DNA of 64,000 nt from Anaeramoeba ignava BMAN (GCA_028826165.1 JAPDFW010000103.1:806001-870000); one strand, 5' to 3'. Shown: positions 50,837-63,700, numbered from the stretch's first letter. Made by a program: numbers and translations. The notes: generated by a model from the sequence alone, not told the origin.

Positions 50837-53800
50837 TTATTTATCTTTTTTCACAAATTCCAAACATTCATTCAAATAAGTTGCAACTTTTCGAATTTTT
50901 GGTCTTTCTTTTTGTGATTTCTTCATACATGAATCAAACAATGCTTTTAATTTGATAATAATTTGATCATTTGGACTTGATTCTAATTCTTCATGGAACA
51001 ACCAATATAAGACAGTACCCAATGAATAAATATCGGAACATTTACGAGGAGATTTTCCCATTTTAACTTCTGGAGAAACAAAAAAGGGAGAAGCACCAGA
51101 AGAAAGTTGATGATTTCGTTGTTGAAGAAGAGAAGAACCAAAATCTCCAATAGCAACTTGACTGTTATTTTCCAAGAAAATATTTTCTGGTTTGATATCT
51201 CCGTGAGCAATACCCAAACTATGTATGTAATTCAGTCCTGCAACGATACCCTTTGAAATCTCAATTTTTTGAATAATGGTGAGTTTGATGTCTTGTTTGA
51301 GGAAAGTACTTAAATCTTTTGAATGATAAAATTTTGTGACAAGACAAATATTTGAAGGCAAAATGGAAAAACTCTTAAATTTGACAATCCTTTCATGATT
51401 TAATCTTTTCAAAAGAAAAATTTCTTTGAATGCAATATCCAAGGTTCTTATATTTGAGTCATACGAATCTTTTCCTTGGTTCACAAGATATTCTTTAATT
51501 GCGACATCTTCGTCATTAATTTTGGCGCGGAAAATTTCTGCAAATCCACCTGCTGATAAATGTTCTCGATCCTCTGGAATTGAAAAAGTTTTTAGTTCTG
51601 AGATTATTTGCTTAAGTTGTTTTGCTTTTGGACATAATAAAGGAAAAGGAATGCAAAATTCCAATAACTTTTCAGCTTTGTCAAAATCCTGCGTAAAAAA
51701 ATGCATTTTTGCCAAATTATATGTTATCCTTATTGAGACGAAGTTTTCCGAGTGATAAAGCTTCATTGTGTTCCTGAAATAAAGCTGTGTGTTCTCGTTT
51801 ATGATTTCATTCACTTGAATCAATCTCGATATCAAAAAGTGGAAGTTCAATTTTTCAAATTCATCCTTTGAAAAGGATTCTGCTTTTATCAGTTTTGCGA
51901 TTTTATCCTCAATTCTCTTTGTCATTGAAGCCAAAAATAGAAAGAATTTTTGTGATGGTTCGTTTTTTTCCAGAAACCGAAGACAGAGATCATTTGCTTT
52001 AGAAATTTCATTATTAAAATATGCATGCATTGCTTCTTCTAGCAACGAAAAATTTGCGAATTTGGTTCTTTTTTGGAATAACAGAAAAAGAGCTACATGC
52101 GCTTTCTTGAATTTGTTGTTTAATCTGATTGATTCCCTAAAGTATTCTTCAGAATCTTCCTTGTTAATCAAAAAAGTGATGTATCCCAAATTGTAAAGTA
52201 TTGCAGCTTTTTCCTTTTTCGGTATTTTTTTTTGTAATTCTTTTTTCATTTTCTCGAGAAAAGTAAAAAATACATTTTTATCGAGACTTTTCAAGAAGAC
52301 AAGATATTGTTTTGTGAAGGAGGCATAATAATTGTTTTTATCATATTTGGTTGCAATGTTATAATTTTCAGTTGCTTGTTGAATATTTTTTCTTTTTTGA
52401 TAGACTCTCCCAAGTTGATAATAGCAATAAGATAGCATTTTATCGTTTTTTGGTTTTTGGTTTTGAATATGGATTAGATACTTCTGGAAATAGCTCTTGG
52501 CTTTTTCAAATTTACCACATTTCAAATAAATTTTTCCATAAAGGATATTCGATTCAGGATATTCTTCGAATACCAATTTTGGAGTTTTGATAATTTTTCT
52601 CATTTCTTCGTATTTCTTTTTTTGTGAAAGTAGAGATAAAATTAGCATTTTGATAAATCCTTCTTGAGGTGCTAATTCTTGGCATTTTTGACAATTTTCT
52701 AATGATTTATTCCAGTATATTTCCATATTTCTAGAATCATCTTGATTTTTACATTTTGATTCATTTTCATATCTTTCGAAATAAATAAACCCAAGAAATA
52801 AATATGAAAGAAGCTGGAAAAGTTGATTATTTGCAGGATTGTGGAATGGGAATTGAAAAAATTCTTCAATCTTTGTTAAAAAGCGATTGAAATAAGATTT
52901 CATTTTTAGAATAAAATAATTTTTCATTTTCAATCTGTAATTGTAATTATAATTTTCATTTTCAATTTCATTTTCAATTTCAATTTTAATTTCAATTTCA
53001 TTTTCAATTTCAATTTTAATTTCATTTTCATTTTCAATTTCAATTTCATTTTGATTTTCATTTTGATTTTGATTTTGATTTTCATCATTGGAAAAAGAAT
53101 GTTGATATAATTTTGCAATTTTGTTTAAGTCTGTAAATATATTAATTTGATTTATTTCTTGTGTATTTTTTCGTATTTCATTTAATTTATGCAAAGAATT
53201 TTCAAAGAAATTAGTAATTAATTGCTGTTCTCTTTTTAAATCTTCTGGAATATTTTCATTATTTAAATTATTTTGAATATTTTCATTATTTAAATCTTCT
53301 GGAATATTTTCATTGTTTAAATTATTTTGAATATTTTCATTGTTTAAATTGTTTAAATTCTTCATCCCTTTTTTCAATGATTCCTTATATTCTAAATATT
53401 TAACTAACCCACAAAAGAATAAAGCATGATAATTATTATTCTTGGCTGCACTATTTTTGAAATTTTGATAGGCATCCCCATATTTTTTAGTGAAAAAATC
53501 ACAAATTCCTAAATGAAAAAATCTCAGTGGTTCATCTTCAATCTTTTCATAAATTTGGCGTGAATTCAGTACATAACCTCTGTTGAAATATAAATTTCCA
53601 ATTTGAATATAACATATTTGCTTTTTTGATTCGCTTAATGTTCTTTTTCTGATTGCCTCAAAATAGTATTTATAAGCCTCATTTTGATATTTAGTTTTTT
53701 GGTCTTCTTGTGTTTGCTTTTTGGATTGATTCTTTGGTGTTTTAAGAAATTGTTCTAGTTCAGATTGGAAATGTTGAGGTTGGCTCTTATTGTTTTGTGA

Positions 53801-56515
53801 TTTTTGAGAATAATTTATCATAATTTGGAAAAAGTTGAATTTTTTTTCTTCTATTTGGTTTCCAAGTTGAGTGTAATTTTGAGCTAGTAAAAAAAACACT
53901 TTCGGTCTTTTTTTTTCTTCAATATTCTTTTTTTCAAACTGAAATAAATTTCTAATCTCGTGTAAAAAAGCAAGAGATTGTTCATACATTCCTGTGATAT
54001 ATTTTATTTTTGCGAGATAATACTTCGCATTGGATGAGATGCATCTTGATAAATGAATCTCAGCTAGACTATATTTTTTTCTTGCAAGATAAACCAAACC
54101 GGAATAATAATTCCAAACTTCATCCTTTTCATTTGCAGCTTTTTTGAGGTATTTTTTGGCTTTTTTAAGGCTTTCCTTATCTGCTTTATTCTGTTTCCAA
54201 CAATTAAAAAAATAAATTTCAATCTCAAGATTTGCAGATTTATTTGAAGGTTCGATTTGGAGAACTTGATTGAGAATTACTTCTGGTTGGTATTTTCTTA
54301 TTTTCCTATTGCATCTTGCAATTCCCGAGTAACTTGGCGCAAATCTCGGCTCCATTCTTTGCACCTTAATAAAAGTTGTGATTGCAAGTCGCCATTTTTT
54401 TTCTTCTTCATAAATAAGACCAATTTCATAAGTTGATTTATAAACTTTTGAATCTTTAAGTAAGGAAGCTTGAAGAAATTTTTCTCTTGCTTTCTGGAAT
54501 TCTTTATCTTGTTTCAAGAGCTTGCCAAATAAATACAGTGTTTTGGATTTGTGGTGGTTGATTTTATAAGCAAATTTACTCCATTCGACTTCTTGAAGAG
54601 ATTCAAGTAACGATTGGATGCTTTGCTTTGAATTTCCCTTCAACTTCGTTCTTATTTTCACATGATAATGGTTTGATTTTGAAGAAATGTAAATTAATGA
54701 ACAGTTCCTCTTCTGCTCCTTCCAATAGTTGAAAAATTTTTCTTTTGTTGTTGCCTCCTTTCTCATTTTTTCAATTGAATTTTGTTCTAGGAGTTTAATT
54801 CTGATTTCTTGTATTTTTATAAAATCAATAATCTGTAAAAAATATTTCTCGGAAAGGTCAGTAAAATGGATTTTATAGTAAACTCTCGCAATTCGATATA
54901 ATGTTTTGATTTTATCTTTGAAAATGAAGTTATCTAAGTTTGCTAGAGTTTTTTCTGTGATGTCTTTGAGAGTTGTTTGATTTCGATTATCGAATTTTTT
55001 CATTTTTATATCAAATTTCAGCTTTCTTGCATCTAATTTTATTTCTCTTTTCATTATTTTGATTTCTTGTGAGTCGATTTTGTTTTCAATGTTTTCAATG
55101 CTTTCAGTTATGTTTTCGTTTTGATTTGTATTTTGTTTGTTTTGTTTTTTCGTTTTTTTTGCTTGGTTTTTCATACTTTTTTCTTTCATGGTTTTTAATT
55201 GTCTTTTTTCCTTTTGGTTTTCTTTCTTGAGTGTTTTTATTGTTTTTGGAGCGGCTCCAAATTCTCTCATATTATAATGGATTTTGATTATTTCAAAATG
55301 AATTTGTTTGAATATTGAATGTGTTTTTTTTTGAGGCAACTTTAAAATATCAGATAACTTTTTGTTTGCCATTTCGTAAAATATTTGCGATTTAGTTTGC
55401 TTTGCCTTTTCTTTAAAAAAAGTTGAGTCTATTAAAAGATATTCTGGATCTTGTGTAAATTGTTTTAAAGGGAATAATTTTTTGAATTTTTGTTTAAAAA
55501 TCTTTTTTGGAATAATTTTCTTCCTAATTATCAAAATTTGGAATATTTCCTTTTTTTTTTTTTTTTTTTAAAAAATGAAATGAATTAAAATCAAATCAAA
55601 TCAATTTAAAATGAATTAAAATAAATTCAAATCTATATTCAATTTAATATCAAATCAAAACAAAACAAATTTAATATTCAATATTTAATATTCAATTCAA
55701 ATTTAATATTCAATTCAAAATCAATTTAATTTAATATTAAAATCAAATCAATCCAAATTTAATATTCAATATTTAATTAATTCAAATCAATTCAAATCAA
55801 TTCAAATCAATTCAAATCAATTCAAATCAAATCAAATCAATTCAAATTAATATTTAATATTTAAATCAATCCAAATCAATTCAAAATCAATTCAAATCAA
55901 TTCAAATTTAATATTCAATAATTAATCAATTTAAAATGAATTAAAATAAATTCAAATCAAATCAAATCAAATCAAATCAAATCAAATCAAATCAATATTT
56001 AATATTTAAATCAATTTAATATTTAATATTTAATCAATTTAATATTTAATATTTAAATCAATTCAAATCAAATCAATTCAAAATCAATTCAAATCAAATC
56101 AAATCAATTTAAATCAAATCAAATCAAATCAATTCAAATTTAATATTAAAATCAAATCAATTCAAATCAATTCAAATCAAATCAATTCAAAATCAATTCA
56201 AAAATAATTGATCAAAATTTGGAAAGTTGTTAAAAAAAATTAATTGATCAAAATTAAAATAAAAATGAATTAAAATAATGACTCAGCTTTCTTTTTTAAT
56301 TGATTTAATTCTTGATTTGTTCAAGAAAAAAAAACGTAAATTTTCAATAATTTAATAAATACTTGTTGAGTAAAACCTAAATTATTCATTGTTTGTTCTA
56401 TTTCTTTTTCTTCTTCTAATTGCTTTTGTTTTTGCTTTTCTTCCTCTTCTTTGAATTGTCTTTTTAATTCTAATTCTTTTTGTGTTTGTTTTTCTTTTTC
56501 TTTTTCTGAATTCAT
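50837..56515 (-). CDS. TPR-repeat protein with C-terminal protein kinase domain (~1600 aa)
   Basis: Main exon carries many TPR-like helices, then kinase motifs SAGGFAEIFRA, VAIK, HGDIKPENI, DFG, SPE, DIYSLG. Probable 5' exons are 56515-56377 and 56310-56283 spliced to 55523; an alternative is 56515-56363 spliced to 55549. Both are in frame. Confidence 0.85.
55580..56205. repeat. Intronic (AAATC/AATTC)n pentamer repeat
   Basis: Between the 5' exons and main exon of the TPR-kinase. Confidence 0.85.
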
Positions 56516-56687
56516 TTATCCATAAAGTTTGTTTTTTTTTTATTATTTAAGTTTTGAAAAAGAAAAAACAAAAAAGAATTTTAAAAAAAATAAAAAAATT
56601 ATGAAAAAATATTTTTTCTTTTTTTGGTTTTTTTTCTCCATTATTTTTTCATTTTTTTTTCCCCTTTTTTTTTTTTTATTAATAAAA

Positions 56688-58435
56688 ATGAAAAGAAAAA
56701 AATTAGAAATAATTTTAAATCAATTAGAATCTTTTCAAAATCCAAAAATAAAATATGAACAATGTAAATATCTAATTAAATTATAATTAAAATTTTAAAT
56801 ATTTTTTTAATAACAAAAAAATAAAATAAAATTTAATTTAAAAAAAATTTTTTGATTTTAAATTTGATTTAAATTTGGTCAATTTTTTCAACAACAAAAA
56901 ACAAATTGAAAAAAGATCAAACACAAGCATCAATTGCTTCATATATTTTGTTTGAAATTGAAAATAGATTCAGTAGTATTGAAGATTGTAATGTTTGTGA
57001 TTTGGGTTGTGGTTGTGGAATTTTTTCTATTGGAAGTTTTCTTATGAAAGCTTCTTTTGTTATGGGAATTGATATTGATCAAGAAGCAATTAATATTGCA
57101 AATGAAAACAAGAAGAATATTTTTGAAAATTCAAGTGATCCAGAAAGTGAAAGTGAAAATTCAAATGAAAGTGAAAATTCAAATGAAAATTCAAATGAAA
57201 ATTCAAATGAAAATGAAAATGAAAATTCAAATCAAAATTCAAATCAAAATTCAAATCAAAATTCAAATGAAAATTCAAATGAAAATTCAAATGAAAATTC
57301 AAATGAAAATTCAAATGAAAATGAAAATCAAAATTCAAATCAAAATTCAAATCAAAATTCAAATCAAAATTCAAATCAAAATTTAAATCAAAATTTAAAT
57401 CAAAATTTAAATCAAAATTTAAATCAAAATTCAAATCAAAATTCAAATCAAAATTTAAATCAAAATTCAAATCAAAATTCAAATCAAAATTCAAATGAAA
57501 ATTCAAATGAAAATTCAAATGAAAATGAAAATTCAAATGAAAATGAAAGTGAAAGTGAAAGTGAAAGTGAAAATGAAAATTCAAATGAAAATGAAAGTGA
57601 AAATGAAAATGAAAATGAAAATGAAAGTGAAAATGAAAATGAAAATGAAAATCAAAATTCAAATCAAAATTCAAATCAAAATTCAAATCAAAATTCAAAT
57701 CAAAATTCAAATCAAAATCAAAATGAAAATTCAAATCAAAATTCAAATCAAAATTCAAATCAAAATTTAAATCAAAATTTAAATCAAAATTCAAATGAAA
57801 ATTCAAATGAAAATTCAAATGAAAATTCAAATGAAAATTCAATTCAAAATTTAAATCAAAATTTAAATCAAAATTCAAATGAAAATAATTCAGAAAACAA
57901 TTCAGAAAATAATTCAGAAAATGATTCAGAAAATAATTCAGAAAATAATTCAGAAAATAATTCAGAAAATAATTCAGAAAATAATTCAGAAAATGATTCA
58001 GAAAATAATTCAGAAAATAATTCAGAAAATAATTCAGAAAATAATTCAGAAAATAATTCAGAAAATGATTCACTCATTTTTATTTGTAAAGATATTTTTC
58101 TTATAGATTCAACTTTTATTAAATCAAAAACTCCAAATAATCAATTATTTGATACAGTAATAATGAATCCTCCTTTTGGAACTAAATCTAATCAAGGAAT
58201 TGATATGAAATTTGTTGAATTGGCACTTAAAATTACAAAAACTGATGGATGCATTTATTCATTACATAAAAAATCAACTAGAAATTATATTCTTTCTCGT
58301 TTTAACAAAAGACAAAATATTTCAGCTTCAGTTATTGCAGAATTAAAATTCCAAATTCCTTTTATGTATAAATTTCACAAAAAGAAAAATGTTGATATTG
58401 AAGTTGATTTGATTCAATTCCAAAAAAATATTTAA
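56688..58435 (+). CDS. METTL5: METTL5 rRNA N6-adenosine methyltransferase with large low-complexity insert
   Basis: Exon1 56688-56763 + intron 56764-56915 + exon2 56916-58435 give MKRKKLE..L..L..F.NPKIKYEQY.T, DLGCGCG, GIDID, FDTVIMNPPFGTK...GIDM.F, YSLHK.STR, YKFHKKK.VDIEVD. Confidence 0.92.
57140..58070 (+). repeat. In-frame 12-bp repeats (NENS/NQNS/NQNL/ENNS) inside METTL5
   Basis: ~930 bp without a stop in the METTL5 frame. Confidence 0.9.
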
Positions 58436-58524
58436 TTTCTTTTAAAATCAATAAAAATGATAGAAATTGATTTATTTCTAATTTGATTTATTTCTAATGA
58501 ATTAATTATAATTGATTGATAGAT

Positions 58525-60530
58525 TTATTTGAACCAATTCAAATTTTCAAAAATTTCAATTTTGGATTTTTCATTTTCATTTTCATTTTGATTTTGATTT
58601 TCATTTTGATTTTGATTTGAATTTTCATTTTGATTTTGATTTGAATTTCCATTTTGATTTAAACTTTCCTTAAACATTTGTTCTAATTCTTCTAAATATT
58701 CCAATTTATTATTAGATTTTAACATTTTATTGCGAATATTTGGAAATTGATTTAATTGATCTTTTAACATTTTTGAAAGATGAGAATCAATAATATAATT
58801 TAATTCATTAAATTGTTTAGCAAAATTGAGATATTCTTTAGCAAGTTTAAAATTATCTAAATCATTAATAAAAAGACCAGGTTTTTTAAGTAAACCATAA
58901 GCACACATAACACCATCTGCTTTTGATTTTTGTAGACATTCTTGAATATCTTCAAATTTATAAACACTTCCATTTGCAAAAACAGGAATTGATAATGATT
59001 CTTTGATTTTTCTAATTGCTTCCCAATTAGCATGTCTTGCATGATGACCTTTGTTGAATCTTGTTCTTCCATGTACTGTTATTAATGATGCTCCACTTTT
59101 TTCAAGTTCTTTAGTAAATTCTATTGTTTTGTCAATATCTCCTTCCATTTCATTTAAACGATTTGGAATTAATCTTATTTTGCATGTTACAGGAATATCA
59201 ATATTTGCATCAAGTTTTGAAACTAATTTTTTAATTTTATAATTTTTTGATTTTTTGATTTATAATTTTTTGATTTTTTGATTTATAATTTTTTGATTTA
59301 TAGATTTATAATTTTTTGATTTTATAATTTTATAATTTATTAATTTTTGATTTTTGATTTTATAATTTTATAATTTTTTGATTTTATAATTTTTATGATT
59401 TTTTAATTTTTTAATTTATAATTTTATAATTTTTGATTTATTGATTTATAATTTTTGATTTATAATTTTTGATTTTTGATTTTTAATTTTATAATTTTAT
59501 AATTTTTGATTTTATAATTTTTTAATTTTATAATTTTTGATTTATAATTTTTGATTTTATAATTTTATAATTTTTTGATTTAAAATTTATTGATTTATAA
59601 TTTTTTGATTTATAATTTTTTGATTTATAATTTTTTAATTTATAATTTTTTGATTTTATAATTTTATAATTTTTTAATTTTTTGATTTTATAATTTTTTA
59701 ATTTTATAATTTTTTGATTTATAATTTTTTAATATAAACCTAATTCACAACATAATTTTCTATCTTTTTCTGTATCAAGTAAATAAGAACCATAATGACC
59801 TCTTTTTGCAATCTTAAAAAATAATTTAACAAATAATTTAACAAACAAATTTTCAAATAAATTTTCAATTTAATAAAAGAAATTTTTTGTTTTGAATTGA
59901 AATCAATAAATAATATTTCATATACTTTTTGAGGACAACCAAAATTAATATCAATAGCATCACAAAAAGGTTGAATAAACTTTGCTGTATAAATTAAAAA
60001 ATCAGGATCATCACCACATAATTGACCAAATAAAGGACGATCTTCAAAACAAGTTGAAAATGCTTTTTTACGAAGTTTTTTAGAATCAAAACGTTTTGAA
60101 TTAATCATAGGAGTATAACATAATTCAACTCCTTTGGTTCTACAAAACATTCTAAATGATAATCTTGACATTTCAACCATTGGTGCTAAAATAAATTTTG
60201 GTTTTCCAATTGAATTATAAAATTCATATCCTCGAAGTTTTTTTTGATTTTTATTTTGAATTGGAATTGGAATTTTGTTTTCAATTTGAATTTGTTTTAA
60301 TTTTTGGATTTGATTATTTTCAATTTGATTATTTTGATTATTTTCAATTTCATTTTGATTTTCATTTTGATTTTCATTTTGATTTTCAATTTGATTTTGA
60401 TTTTGATTTTGAATTTGATTTTGAATTTCATTTTGAATTTGATTTTGATTTTCAATTTGATTTTGATTTTGATTTTGATTTTGATTTTGATTTTGATTTT
60501 GAATTTTTGTTTGGTGTTTTGTTTGGACAT
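58525..60530 (-). CDS. tRNA-dihydrouridine synthase (DUS1-like), 3 exons; 5' end needs a 1-nt frame correction
   Basis: Exons ~60530-59926, 59812-59740, 59222-58525. Motifs: [40 protein letters not shown]|[35 protein letters not shown]. The ATG at 60530 is one base out of frame near an A5 run (~60505). Confidence 0.85.
59225..59735. repeat. Intronic (TTTATAATTTTTTGA)n repeat
   Basis: DUS intron 59223-59739. Confidence 0.85.
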
Positions 60531-60760
60531 TTTTTAAATTTGTTTTGTTTTTAAATTTGTTTGTGTTTTGTTTTCAATTTGTTTTCAATTTGTTTTGTGT
60601 TTTAATTTTGTTTTGTGTTTTCAATTTGTTTTGTGTTTTAAATTTGTTTTAATTGTTTTAATTTTGTTTTAATTTTATTTGAGAAAAAAATGAAAAAAAA
60701 AAATTTAAATCAAATTTAATTTTGAAAAGAAAAAAAAAAAAAAAAAAAAGAAATTTGATA

Positions 60761-60778
60761 AAAAAAAAAAGTGGAAAA
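60761..60778 (-). promoter_or_regulatory. Candidate 3'-end element TTTTCCACTTTTTT (representative)
   Basis: 7 nt after the RRM-gene stop; the same motif lies 34-143 nt after the stops of PARP, G-alpha, RasGEF and peroxiredoxin in sense orientation. Confidence 0.45.
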
Positions 60779-60782
60779 TGAT

Positions 60783-63700
60783 TTATTTTTTTTTTGGATC
60801 ACCATTCTTTTCATTCTTTTGAGAAAACAAACTTTTAGAATCCAAAACATATTTTCTTTCATCAGAATTATATAATTGATTATCAGAAGATTGAGCAAGA
60901 GAATAAGGGTCAAGATGTTCACGGGGTTGATATTGTAATTGATGTTTCATTGGGGGGACTTGGGGTTGATTTGCATAAATTCTTGGGATCGATTCTTCAA
61001 TTGTTTTTTTAGCTGTCAAATCATTAAGTGAAATTCCTTCTTGATAATGACTGGGATAAATAAAAGGATCTTGAATAACTTCTTGATAAAAGGAAACAAT
61101 TAACGGCTGATTGTCAATCATTTTTCCCATCATTGATTTGACAGCTAATTCGGCATATTTTGGATGAGAATAATTTACAATCGCCTCAGATGATGTGAGA
61201 TAGATCTGATTGATTGTGCCGAATTTCGAGAATATTTCGGAAATATTATATTCCGTTAAATCTTGTTGTTGGATTCCCTGAACAATAATTGACGCGCTCT
61301 CCGAAATTGGCGGTCCCATTCTTCTGGGATAAGCGCGAGGTGTCTGGAAATCGTGGAAGGCATTTTGCGGATCGATTTCAAAGGGGATTCGAGCGAATTC
61401 CTTTTCTTGTTCGAGAGGATTCTGGTCGTAATTGAACAACGGAGCGGTTGTTTCAGGATAGTTTGCAAATTTTTTGTCATAATAAGGATACTCTTGATCA
61501 GGGAATCTTTGGGGAGAGTATTTTTCCCGAATGTCTTGTTTTGCATTAAAAGGGAGATCGCGACGGTATCTGTATTGGGGATCAGAAATCCGCGAGTAAT
61601 CTTCGTGACGAGAAGGCATGTTGTGGAAATATGGATCGTGATATTTGGATTTTTCGGACTGAAATTGGTCCGAATTTTCGGGAAAATTCATGTGATAATT
61701 CGGGTCGTTTTGGTACATTGCGTGTTTCTTCATTTCGTCTTCCCAGTCTCGAGAATTCTGCATTGGAACCAAGGGATGAGCAGAATGAAGATGTGCCGGA
61801 ATGTGGGATTGCATGTGCTGCTGGTGTGTATGGTGAGAGGGGTGCAAGGGCGGCTGTTGATGGTGCTGGGGATGAATGTAGGGATCGGGGTTGTCGAGGT
61901 ATTTTGTCTGATAACGGTTGTCGTAGTTGAGGGAATCGTTTTTGATTTCGTATGAAGATTCATATTTTGGATCTTTTTGAAAATCGTATCTGTTTCGGTT
62001 TTGTTGGTATCTTGAGTTGTTATCGTAGTTTCTATATTTGTTGTTTGATTTATTGTCATAGTTTGACGTGCGGTTATGTTCGCGACGGTAGTTATCGCGG
62101 TTGTCATAGTCGCGATATTTCGAGTCATAATTCGATTCGTTGTCCTTGTACTTTGAATCATATCCGGAATTGCGATATCGTGAAGTGTTTCGGTCATCGT
62201 ATTTGCCGTGATATTTGGAGTCGTTTGAGTAGTTGTTTTGCCGATTATTGTAACCGTAATCTTTGTATTTTTGGTGAGAATAATCGTAGTTATTTCGGTT
62301 GTCATTTCCGGAATTATATCGCGAACGATACTTTGAATCGCGAGAAGAATCGCGTGTGCTTTCCTTGGAATCCGACCGCGATTCCGATGTGTGATAGCTC
62401 TTGCTTTGATGATGATCCCGATAGTCTGATACACTTTCAATAAAATCTTTGTAATCCATGAATTTGTGAACGTAAGACAACCGCATTTTCCTATTTCGCA
62501 AATCGAAATCCTGGAACATCTCCACAATATCCACACCCTTCCCCATATTCATTGACAGAATCGTGTAGTCTTTATGTATCTCCAACTTGCGGATGAACCC
62601 CAACGGCTCAAAAAGTTGGAACAACTCCCGATATGTCACGTCATTTGGCAAATTGGATATTTTGATTTGCGAAACCTCGCGATAGTTGTCAAATTTGAAG
62701 TGTGTGAATTTCTGTTTCAAAATTGGATCGTAAGTCTCATATTTCATTGTGGGTCTTCTGACGAAATTTGATGGCGAAGGAGATGATGAATGCGATCTTT
62801 TTTCTTTCCTCGAATTCTCGCTCGTGTTTCTTGTCTCGCTTGTGTTTCCACTTGTGCTTGAGTGGTAATGTGTTGATGAATGATGATGATAATCTGATTC
62901 TTCGTATTTGCTCCGTTCTTCTGAGTCGTATTTGTGCTTGTCATATTGATCGTATTTATTTCTGTCATAATCATATTTTTTTGATTCTTCTGACTCATGT
63001 TTATATTTCTCATTGTAATCATCATCCGTTTTCGCTCGTTTCGTGTTCTCCTCAAAATTTCCTTGATTTTTATCTGAAAGATTATGTTTTGTTCGTTTTT
63101 CTGAATCAACTGGAAGTTTGATTATTCTTGATGTTATTTTTGTATTTGTTTCTTTTTTTTTGTTTTCTTCTTCGTAACTGTTTTGATTTGAATGTTTTGA
63201 ATGATGTTTTTGAGGATTATTTTCTTTTAATTCATTTTTTGATTCATTTTCTAAATCATTTTTTGATTCATTTTTTAAATCATTTTTTAAATCATTTTTT
63301 AATTCATTTTTTAATTCATTTTTTAAATCATTTTCTAATTCATTTTTTAAATCATTTTTTGATTCATTTTTTGATTCATTTTTTTCTTCTTTTATATCTG
63401 AATATTCTTGATCGTTATTTATACTTTCTTTTTCATTTTCTTTATTATCTTCTTCTCTTAAAATAATATTATCTTCCGAATAAAGATCTAATTCTCCTTC
63501 ATTTTTTTTCTCTTTGTTTTCTAAATCTTCTTCTAATTTTGTTTCATTTAAATCGTTTTCTTTTTCTTGATTACTATTTTTATTTTTATTGTTATTTAAA
63601 TTTAAATTATTTAAATTTTCATCTTCATTTATTTTTTCATCTGAAACTTGAATTGATTTATTTTCTGAATTATTAATAAATTTTGAAAATTGAAGTTTAT

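Noticed and set aside
56529-56786. 85-aa Phe-rich ORF upstream of METTL5
   Set aside because: It is a TTG-initiated read-through of the poly-T promoter; the real start is the ATG at 56688.
57057-58106. Overlapping ORFs (LNFD/IQIK/SELF repeats) on both strands
   Set aside because: They are alternative frames of the METTL5 repeat insert.
61256-63466. Several 100-270 aa overlapping or antisense ORFs in the RRM gene
   Set aside because: Expected from locally higher GC and biased codon use; no recognisable domains.
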